DNA of 64,000 bases from Pelomyxa schiedti (lineage: Eukaryota; Protista; Evosea). The position numbers and the translations under genes were made by a program. The DNA is taken from the NCBI GenBank assembly GCA_020536535.1, contig JAHLWZ010000842.1, positions 17,718 through 81,717 on the forward strand, in the 5' to 3' direction. The notes under the pieces were generated by a model. The model ran no database searches and was not told the DNA's origin. It saw only the letters and a program-made list of their open reading frames with translations. Below, in pieces: positions 54,609 to 64,000 of this stretch. Within the stretch, counting starts at the first letter, position 1. Each line of letters begins with the position of its first letter.

Positions 54609-55678
54609 ATGTCAACTGCAACTGTAGCAAAGTCGGTAGAAATGACAATTAAAGTGGTGTCTTCGAGCGGGGGTGAAGTCAGTTGCCCGCGGTCTTTTGT
54701 TGTGCGGATTTACGAGTGGGCTTTGGTGGAAGAGCTCGAACAAGCTATTCACTTGTGGTAGCGTCTTATCATAGTTTTTTTTTGCCAGGACTAATCATCG
54801 GTTTTTTATTTTTATTCAAAAAAACAGTGCGCCTGAGCTTCCAGTCCACACACTGCTCCTTCAAGGAAAAGTTCTGCGGGAGGGGAGGGTTTTTCCCCCG
54901 GAGTGCACTTTCACAGAGCCAAACGACACGACGGTTTACTTGATATGCCAGCCACCGCAATCACCGCCGTCAACTCCACCACCCGTCGTGGCCTCATCAC
55001 TGGCCGTGAGCTCAGTGGGTCTCAAGGTCGGGCAAATCAATCAGGCATTGTCTTGTTTGCAAGGGTCGACTCAACCTCACACTCTTCCTTCTTGCAGATT
55101 GTGCGGGGAATGCTCAACCAATCAGCTTCACCCACTGAGCCGCCCAATCTGTCGAATTTACTCAACAACCAACTCTCAGTGCTGGGGCCTGCTGAGATTC
55201 CAAAAGTCATCTCCCAGCTTCGCACCCTTCTATCTGATACATCCCCAACAATTTCCAAGTCCCTAGGTATGCCATGCAATCACCCCCTTTTTTTTTGTTG
55301 CCAGCCCTGGCTCAGTTTCCAAAAAGCTTCACAATTGGGAGATACAGCACAGCTCATTGGGCTCCTCAAGGAGCGTCTTCTGCAGCTCACCACACTGCTT
55401 GCAAGTGGTCCGTGCACTTCAGAAAGTGCCAAACAAGAAGCTGCTACCATTGCATCTGTACTTCAGCATATGGCTTTGCTAATAAGCCTAGTGGCCACTG
55501 CCTTGAACAACTCCCGTGTTCAATCGCTTACAACGTCTTCTTCACAACCCACGGAGGTAAACGAACCAGCACAACCAAATCCAAACAAACGTTCAAGAAC
55601 CACCAAACAGGTAACACATTGTCCTTTGTTTTTTTTTTTTCCTCATCCACTAATCTTGTCACACAGGGCTCTTCCTAG
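54609..55678 (+). CDS. Protein with an N-terminal ubiquitin-like domain (BAG6-like layout)
   Basis: MTIKVV...VEELEQAIH|FAPELPVHTLLLQGKVL...VYLICQPP, a Pro/Ser linker, a helical region, ending TTKQ|GSS*. Confidence 0.6.
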
Positions 55679-55904
55679 AGCGTCTACTGTAAATTATTTG
55701 GCGGTAGAGCAGTTTTGGCACGTTGTTCTGCCGTTTCACTTGGCCTCGTGCTATGTTACATTAGAACCCACTGTATTTTGTTGCTGTACTAAATCTTGCT
55801 GTAATAACCATGGACAAAACAAAAAAAAAAAAATCTTGGAAGAGGTCTCTCCAAGAACCACAACTAATTCACTGAAAATAGACACACTGTGGATTGATCG
55901 ATTG

Positions 55905-57272
55905 ATGTTCAAATCCGTTGTACCCATCGACACTGCTTCACAGTTGTGTGCTTTGTGTTGTGGACTTTTGCCTCGTTGTGGCGGTGGTTCGCCGTTGCGG
56001 CTGCTTTCGGCGTCTATGCTGAGGGAACTGGCGGACTTCATTATGGGACTGCGAAGGAGACTGTTCTTCCACGTCCAGGTGGACTCACGGCGGCACCTGA
56101 TGATTACTACGTGTGTGTCCCCCATTGGTAGTGTATGTGAGACCCCAAGGGTCGTCAGTTGTTCCGAGGCCATTGGGCAACTCGATAGAATCGGGGATGT
56201 GGTTCTTCTACTTATCAAGGAAGGACCCAACTCGATCATTTTCCGTGACGAGATGAAATATGGGCGCATGCAAGAAGAGCCCAGGAAAGCAACAGGGAAG
56301 ACCCATAATTCCGCCATGGCCGAGGCACCTGCTGATTGTAAGTGGCAGTGGCGGTTCAGTTCAGAAATGCGGAACGCCGTGAAATGCAACTGCAACAGCC
56401 AGTGGGTTGTGGCTGTTGTATCCAGCACTAAATTCATGCACATATGGAAAGTGATAGATACAATCCCCCAGGAGCCCCACTCCACATTCCCTCTGGATAG
56501 CAAGTTTGGAGAAAGTCCTTTTCTGTTTCAATTCTCTTGCTCTGATTCCAGAGTTCCAGCAGGTGACGAATTATCAATTCTCTCCTGTGTGCGCAATGGC
56601 CATGCCACTGTTATAATCACTCTGTTCATATTGGACTTGGCAAAGTCTTACAACTCCCAAACTGCTGTCCTGTTGAAATCCATTGTTCTCCAGCTGAACC
56701 CTGTTGGAACAGGATTGGTATTCCCCCCTGCAGTCTGTTGGAACCACCAAAGTCGCACTGCTTTCATCCCAGTGACTACAGAGGACCACACACACACTGG
56801 TTCTATGATAACGAAGCTATACCGCATTGGCAAAATAGATTCTGAATCAGTACCTGGACACCTATCCGATTCTACAGGGTACCGTGTGTGCAGTGGTACA
56901 AATAGCACTGAAGACGCTATCCCACGTCTGCTGCCCACAGCCCAGTGGATTTTCATAGCTTCCGACTCCCGGTTCATACTGAGGGATGTCGACAATAAGG
57001 CATTATATCACCTTTGTGACGTTTGCACGTATCCCACAGCCGAAGGAACCCATCGACGACAAAAGCAGCTTCTCTTTGTGGACCCTTCATGGGGCATGAG
57101 CTTCCAGGACTACTTTCTTCTGATGACAACCCCCAACCCTGATTCCTTCGCCTCTGCAACCATAAGCTTGCTAGATATCGAAATAGTAGAGAAGCGCACC
57201 CTCCTTGCCAGTCTTACCTTCTCCCATTGCCCTGGTTCCCATCCCCAGGTCACGTTTGCCCCCAACAGTTGA
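55905..57272 (+). CDS. Intronless lineage-specific protein: short helical N-terminal motif plus beta-rich domain
   Basis: 455-codon stop-free ORF from ATG 55905; N-terminal SQLCALCCGLLPRCGGGSPLRLL...LRELA; later CNSQWVV...MHIWKV. Confidence 0.7.
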   Translation: MFKSVVPIDTASQLCALCCGLLPRCGGGSPLRLLSASMLRELADFIMGLRRRLFFHVQVDSRRHLMITTCVSPIGSVCETPRVVSCSEAIGQLDRIGDVVLLLIKEGPNSIIFRDEMKYGRMQEEPRKATGKTHNSAMAEAPADCKWQWRFSSEMRNAVKCNCNSQWVVAVVSSTKFMHIWKVIDTIPQEPHSTFPLDSKFGESPFLFQFSCSDSRVPAGDELSILSCVRNGHATVIITLFILDLAKSYNSQTAVLLKSIVLQLNPVGTGLVFPPAVCWNHQSRTAFIPVTTEDHTHTGSMITKLYRIGKIDSESVPGHLSDSTGYRVCSGTNSTEDAIPRLLPTAQWIFIASDSRFILRDVDNKALYHLCDVCTYPTAEGTHRRQKQLLFVDPSWGMSFQDYFLLMTTPNPDSFASATISLLDIEIVEKRTLLASLTFSHCPGSHPQVTFAPNS

Positions 57273-57636
57273 GTGGATAGAAGAGGGCAAAAAACAAAGC
57301 ACCAAGTTGGTTCTACCGCTAAACAGAAAAACTTGTGGGAACCAAGTTACAGTGACCGACGAATCTTTCGTGCCTACACTACTGTATAAAGTGTTTGTTA
57401 AATTGGTGAATTTGAGTCGTGCAAAGCTGCACGAATATCGAATGGTATTCGAAACCCGCATTTGAGGCCGTAATGGCGCTTTTGAAATAGTTCAAGAAAG
57501 AAGCTTAATTTTTACGTACCTTGTTCGATCAAGTTCGTTTTTTTTTGTTCAAAATTGTTGTCTTCAATTTTTGTAGAGACTTGGTTTCTGCAATTTTTTC
57601 CTTTGCAGCCCCATTATTTTCCTTCTAATTTGCGGA

Positions 57637-58183
57637 ATGGCGATGACGTTTCGGCGGGCTACCGAGAGCGACCACAGCACCATCGTGGAGTTCCAGCAGC
57701 GGATGGCGCACGAGACCGAGGGGCTGGTTCTGGACCCCTCGCGGGTATCGCGGGGCGTGGCCGCCGTGCTCGCCGGCGCCCCCGCCGCCGGCGGCGCGGT
57801 CTACTACGCGGCCGAGTGCGACGGCGCCCTCGTGGGGTGCCTGATGATCACCCTCGAGTGGAGCGACTGGCGCGACGGCGTCGTGTGGTGGATCCAGAGC
57901 GTCTACGTCGTCCCAGAGTACAGGTATATATGTCCACCTCTCTCTCTTTCTTTCTTTTGTTCCTTGTTTGTTGTTTGTTGTTTGTTGTGCTGATGTGGTG
58001 TCCAGGAAGAGAGGGGTGTACTCTGGGCTGTATGGGCATGTCAAGGGCTTGGCGGAGTCTGATCCCATGGTCAAGGGCATACGACTCTATGTGGACAAGA
58101 GGAACACGCGAGCCCAGGAGGTATACACGAAGCTGGGAATGTGTGGGGATCACTACACGGCCTTTGAGTGGATGAAGTCATGA
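57637..58183 (+). CDS. GNAT N-acetyltransferase (bacterial-like subfamily)
   Basis: MAHETEG...LMITLEWSDWRDG..WWIQSVYVVPEYR|KRGVY...IRLYVDKRNTRAQEVYTKLGM; one intron. Confidence 0.92.
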
Positions 58184-58948
58184 TCGACTAATAAGCAACA
58201 AAGAGAAATGCGCCGATCACTTGTAGTTCTTTCTGTTGAATCGTTGGATACTTCAGACACTAATTAGGGGGAAAAAAAGGTGAGTGTCTTGTGTATTGAT
58301 CCAAGGCAGTGACTGGCACAGGGGCCCAAGAGTCAAAGAAGCTGCTTCCATGGGAGTTTTCCTGTACATTGAAGCTGGAACTGTTACCAGTGAAGCAAGT
58401 AAGGAACCGGACCAGTCACTGTGAAGTGATGCAGGCTTGAGAGAATCTGTTGCCGAATACATTTCTTGTCATACCAGAACTGCACTGGAATACAAATAGG
58501 AAGCTACATTACAGCCACTGCTTGGGTGTGGAGTCACGCTAGGAAGAGGGAGCCTAAAACCAAGGCGTTCACTTTATTGATCTCGATGCTGTGAAATAAC
58601 GGTCACTTTAAAGAGGGTAAATGGGTCACTGCTCCCAAGAAGCCCCATAACACCGTTCTTTTCTTGTTGTACTTCAGTTACATCGGACTGTGCAGAGCAA
58701 GAAAGGCTCACAGGGAAACAAGAAAAGATAGCAGTGAAGATGCATTTCTTGTCTCCCAATCAAACCTGGCTCAACAACAAGCGTTCTTCCGCTAACCTGA
58801 TCCACAAAACAAATATCCAATAAGTCTTGACCCACAATCGCGGTTTTGGGCTGGGGTGGTCAGCCTGGTTAAAAAAAAGTTACGGAACACAGTAGCTTCT
58901 TTTCTGATTAAAGCTTCGAAGTTTCGGCTTTTTTTTCCTTTTTGTTTG

Positions 58949-59191
58949 AAAAAAAAAAACAGGTGGCACGCAACGTAGCGTAACAGCGCTACAACAAAAT
59001 CTAGGCTAAGTACACAACACTGTTGTTTCCCGACAACCGTGTGCGGACATTTTAAAGGAACCATCAAACCTCAGCACTCAGGCACGAACCCTACTGGTGT
59101 GGACCGAACTGACCTTCTACGTCGAAGCTGTTCTTCGATTTTTACTCCCTTCGGGCATTATTTCTGTTTCTGATTGAGGTTGAGCAATGAC
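58949..59191 (-). ncRNA. Second candidate structured RNA
   Basis: Closing stem AACCTCA/TGAGGTT, hairpins TCGAAG/CTTCGA and GTAGCG/CGCTAC, 3' T-run on the minus strand. Confidence 0.25.
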
Positions 59192-59577
59192 TTGACTACA
59201 AACACAAAGACAAAGTGAAGTGAGGAACAGCAAAGGCACAGTGGCCGGCCCCTATTCCGATTCCTGCCCAGTCCACACTTTCATCATGCTAAGGTTCTGA
59301 AATGAACATGTCTCGACTCTTAGTAGGAACAAAAACTGTCTGTGCAAGCCTTTCTTAACTCTAAGCATGATGTAACAAACTGGCCGAAGACATGCAGTGA
59401 GTGAGTACTCAGGAAAACAAGTTGTTTTCACTATTTGACAATCAGAAAAACCAAAAACCACAGTTGCATCATGTGTAATCTATTTGCAGTGAGAGAAACT
59501 CCCAAGCCTGAGCACTGAGCCCTCAATTGTCCAGGTAATTGTTCTCATACCAACCCGACCTCCTCTTATATTTATTC

Positions 59578-60766
59578 CTACATTTGTGGAAGCAGGAAAT
59601 AGGATGATGTTGCTGGTTTTATGTTGTCATGCCACAGGCAGAAGTGAATAAGGGTGGATAAAATGACAACTGCTACAACGTGGATGACCAGGCACAGTCC
59701 ACAAACCAGCTGAGAACGCTCAGAGGAGGATGCAACATCGGTCCACAGTAACAGTACATTTTCCTTCTTCCACTCTGTCAGGTTTGTATTCGCCATTCCG
59801 GCTGTAGATGGGGCCAAGTGATTTCGCCAAAGCATTCTTTCTATTGAGTGATCAAGCCCACGGTTGGAGCTTCTTATCACAACCCCGCCATCCAGTTGTT
59901 GGTGCCAACTTATTAGGCACTTGAAAGCGGGATGCTGTCTGCTATCAGGAAGTGCATCTTTGTTTGCTGACACCAGGTGGGCACACGGTCGTAATGAATG
60001 AATCATTAGGTCACACACAACCCAGAACTTGTGAACGTTGTTACTCCTAGAATGCTCGTGTCAGTACACAAAGTAGTAGACTACAGAGCTTACGAGTCTT
60101 GATGTGATGCAGAAATAATGGGGGCAAGGCAAACACCCTTTTCTCCATGAATTTGGGTCAGATCAACCTTCATGTGACCAAGCTGTACGGCATACCAGTG
60201 TTCGTTCCACTCCTGTACAAGTAAGGCATGGAAATATGTGCTAAGTGGAGAGAGGGTACCGGGGAAAAAGTATCTCCATCCAGATGTACCTAGATGTGGG
60301 TGGTTGGAAAACGTGCGTGAAAGGTGAGAGAATGTACTTTAGGGTAACTTTGCAGAAGTGGCAATACTGCTAGTTTAGCGTTGTAGACAAGTACTACACT
60401 GCTGATGTAACTGCAACCCACGCACACCCAGAAGACACAAAAAGCAAAAGTCTGCGGGATTACATGAGGAAGAGGAATGAAGAGGGAGTTTTCTACCTTG
60501 GTCCCTGTGACCACTTCGGCATTGTTTCTGTTCTTCGGAGTTACAGTCCACAGTACCGCCAGCAGAATAGAGCCTAAAACAAGTGGAGTGCCCAACACAA
60601 TCAACGCACAGGTCAGCGACGCAGCGAGAGGCCCTCTTGGAGACTGAATAATGAAAGTGTCCGCATCGCCGAAAACGCATAAAACAGACAGCAGTCCGAG
60701 CCACAACACGCTCGACAACGCGCCAACGCATACTATAAGCCCGCACCGCCAGAGTGTCCCCTTCAT
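59578..60766 (-). CDS. Hypothetical multi-pass membrane protein
   Basis: ATG 60766; three hydrophobic segments, a Cys-containing loop and a final hydrophobic segment; spliceable exons; 3' end uncertain. Confidence 0.6.
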
Positions 60767-61023
60767 TTATTCGTACGAATCATCTTGTCTACGCACAGAC
60801 CCTGCTGGTTACGTCTCCCACCACGTAGATCTTCCCACTGTTTTTAATTTTGTGGTGAAAATTTGAAAAATTCAAATGGGTGCTGTGTGGTATCAGAGGT
60901 TACTTTAGGGTAAATCTGTTAATTTTAGTGGAGTCGATTACACCACAGCATAGTGAGGTGTTGCAGACACCACCATGTGCTTCTTCATTGGCATCTGGAG
61001 GGAGTACTCCCCATTGCCACAGA

Positions 61024-61082
61024 GGTGGACATTTCTGGCATGGAAGCGGACATTTACAGCACTTAAGCGGACATTTCCGGCA
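61024..61082. repeat. Three imperfect direct repeats, period 21 nt (core GGACATTT)
   Basis: ggtggacatttctggca / agcggacatttacagca / agcggacatttccggca. Confidence 0.8.
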
Positions 61083-61999
61083 CTACCAGCATGCACTCTA
61101 CAATGACATTAGCGCAGAAATCGTGAGAATTGTACATACAATACCCGGCAAGTGTTCTATTAAGCACAGGAATGCTAGACACTCATATGGGAAGCTCAGG
61201 AAATCACTGGATCAAATCCAAAGCTACATCACATGAGAATATTATTTTCACTTCAATTTACAATTAGTTTATTCATTTCATTTACATTTATCATTTATTA
61301 GCTTTCAATTGCGTTGTAAATGCTATTTAGTGCTATTTTGTTCATGGAATTTCACTCTAAATATATATTTATATTGTGGATTGAGTGAGGAACACTCCCC
61401 TGGAATTCTATTTGTGCTCTGTATGTACCCATGACCTGGGAATTTTTGTTTTATTATGGGTGGATCATGGGAACACAGAAGCAATGGTGTGGCCCTGTGA
61501 CGGACCTCAGCATTGCATATTGCTGTCCCATCACACCTGGAAAATCGTTTTTGACCTCCTGGATGTTATTTTGCCCCACAAGACGTTATTTTGGGAATAA
61601 AAGAAAGTGGCCACACAGTTATCCTTGCAGTGGACTGCAGTAGCTCCCAAGGGCACTTGCTTGTTGTCTGCATTATTTTTATGGAGTGGCAAACAAATTT
61701 CACCCTAATCCCATTGTATTCAAGTACTACATCGTTCTGCAGCTTCAAAGCAATCTTATTTTTCGTTAGTCAGCTGCACAAGTAATGAGAATGCATACCT
61801 ATTTGAGAGTCTGTGATCTCCAAGCAACTCTATTCTGGCCACCATTACAGTTTGCTGCAAACCAGCACTGGCATGATAATCTGGCAATTCTGTTGAGATA
61901 TCCATACCATTGGGGTAGCATCCAATCATTTCAGCTCTCTCTTTGGCGGAGTTTTGTTCATTTATTAGGTGGAGATCAAGAAATTATTCTTACCTGACA

Positions 62000-63240
62000 C
62001 TGGAGGAATTAGCACTATTCTCAAAGGTATTTTCACATTGTTTCGAAGCTCCTGCAATGGAATAAGTTATTCTAGTGATATCAACCAGGAAAGGAAACCT
62101 GGAATGGTGGAGGAACTCTGGCAAGCAAATCTGAAGCACAGCAAACTCTGTTGTAATTCGAGGACTGATCTCCAATGCAGCATATCGGCCCTGCACAACA
62201 CCCATGCATTCTTTATCTCTGGGAACAATGTTAGGCAATGCGGGCAATAACATGCTGCACACTTCAAGGTCCGATTGCACTGAAGTCCCAAAGAAGCCCA
62301 CAAGTCCATTCTGAACAAACAGTTAGACACTGAGAGATCTGTGACTGGAATACACACCAAAGGAGGCAAGAGTACTTCTTTGCATCCCGCAGTTAATTCC
62401 ATAGCCTGCAAAGCATCATCTTGTGCATTCATCAAAGCAAAACCCACATCATGGTGCAGCCCTTTAACTCAAGCATCAGTTCCAATACCTGCATTCAATT
62501 AATTTAAACATCAACATTCCTGCATACCTGCAAGTCACACCAATTCACTGTAAATTCGGCCCTCATGCAAATTCCAACCAATTACTGCACAATTCAACTG
62601 TAACCTGCATTAGAACTACCATTGGCACACTGACAGCAAGTACCTGAATACTCATACACTTATTCTGGACCGATTTTCATCAATTCTACACAGTTCTGAT
62701 CCATGCAAAGTGATTGCGCTGCAATGGCATTAGCATTCATAAACGAGAGTACACAATTACCTGGCAACTGGCAGAAGGTCATCCAACTTTCTGAGGCATC
62801 ATTCTGTTCAAAGGTTGCAGTGGATGAGGACAGAGCAGCAGTCATAGCCCCAGAAGCTGTGGCATTGGAAGTTGCAACACCAGAATTCACATTAGAGTTT
62901 GGATGTGGAAGTCACGTTGAGGGAAGAAGCATGAGGGGTAACACCAAAATTCCCAATAGATGCAGATGTTGGCACAAACTGAGTGGACACAGGGGTGGTG
63001 TCTGCATAATGTGTAAGTAAGATGTAATGTGCCAAAGCCATAGCTTGGCTTTCTAATTGTATTTGATTCCATTAGATTGGAGAGAAGGAGTGTGTGGTAG
63101 TTTATTAACTAGGAAGGAGGAATAGGTTTGGGGTATTGAGAAGGGTGGAAGGGGTGTAATACACACAGTTGTTGTGCCGCGGTTCTGGTCTTGTGGGTTC
63201 CGGTGTTGTCTGACAGTGTCCTGTAATTTATTAGCTGTTG
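62000..63240 (-). pseudogene. Degenerate RRM-like remnants
   Basis: Fragments VGFALMNAQDDALQAM and LNCAVMVGICMRAEF resemble RNP1/helix-2 and the last RRM strand; interrupted by stops and frame changes. Confidence 0.3.
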
Positions 63241-63694
63241 TGTGTGACGAATCATAGGTGGGAATAGTGACATTGTGTGGTGTATTTTTGTTCGCGTTTA
63301 AGAGGATGGGAGTGAATCACCACGGCACTTGTCAGACCACAAAACCATTTTGGGCTTGAAAGCGCACTGATCATTGATACCATTAGAGCACAAAGCTTCA
63401 ACCCCCAACAACATCCCACTGCCCCACAATCCCACATTTTTCGTTCGTCTGGGCATCGCTGCTTGCAACTTCAACGGCACCGTTGAACTTTCCAATAAAA
63501 TTATTTTTTCATCACTCTGCTCCTTCGGTGCTTTTCATCAACGAACTTGCCAAGAAATGAGGAGAGGTTGTCAGCCATCATAAGTCATCAGCTCAGTAGC
63601 TACTACAAGTCAGGAAGCCAGTTGTGCAAGCACGGTGTGACAACAACACAACTGTGTTGTTGTGGTCATCAGTCAAATGGAGCAGTTGTCAGCC

Positions 63695-63739
63695 AATATT
63701 CGCCACAAAAATAATTGCCACAAAAATATTTGCCACAAC
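63695..63739. repeat. Three 15-nt tandem repeats (AATAWTYGCCACAA)
   Basis: aatattcgccacaaa / aataattgccacaaa / aatatttgccacaac. Confidence 0.85.
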
Positions 63740-64000
63740 ACCTGTGCAGGGCGTGCTGAGAGAGTTAGATTTGGTTAGGTTCGCCTATTCAGGGGGGGGG
63801 AGGGGTGAAAGGAGCTGCCGTTGCGCTGACTGTCATTAGTTCCACTCTTTTCTGTTGGTTTTGGTTTGGTTCACTGGGATGGATGTGATGATGACACTGG
63901 CGGCCACTCTTGCTCGGCATCAATCGTCGATGACAATCACATCTTTATTGGGTACTTCTTGTTCATGTACTTGAGCTTGTTCAGAATCGGAAGAGCAGTA

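Noticed and set aside
54903-57272. 789-aa ORF as a single protein
   Set aside because: It reads through intron-like T-rich segments and a poly-A intergenic tract. It is better explained as the UBL gene (stop 55678) plus a separate gene from ATG 55905.
59578-60766. DHHC palmitoyltransferase
   Set aside because: No DHHC motif found in the spliced exons.
61024-61082. CRISPR-like array
   Set aside because: Only three short imperfect units without unique spacers, in a eukaryotic context with no cas genes.

Overview
Eukaryotic, gene-dense and very intron-rich DNA: most introns are about 35-90 nt, and some genes are under 100 nt apart. The six-frame ORF track therefore fragments or fuses most genes, so I spliced them by hand using GT/GC-AG boundaries and conserved motifs. 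About 28 protein genes are present: an ankyrin-like repeat protein, SDR, MPP-alpha, a Rab1-like GTPase, a triple-RGS protein, eIF4A, riboflavin kinase, a TM2-domain protein, DAP1, a VIT-VWA polyproline protein, a TauE/SafE permease, OARD1/TARG1, a nicotinamidase-like hydrolase, leishmanolysin, VPS13, calcineurin A, a frameshifted bacterial-type ferritin-like protein, a SAM methyltransferase, LMBR1, alpha-amylase, a Sec23-like protein, a UBL protein, a GNAT and several hypotheticals. The last 3 kb look degenerate. Gene content and style suggest an amoebozoan protist; it is reminiscent of Pelomyxa/Archamoebae, but that is recollection, not something the sequence proves. The best unexplained signals are: two intergenic structured elements that end in T-runs and look like ncRNAs (44907-45147 + and 58949-59191 -); GC-AG introns with a GCACA donor; a head-to-head OARD1/nicotinamidase-like pair; an eIF4A with no obvious AUG start; and a frameshifted ferritin-like gene. 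All folds and gene models were done by eye.
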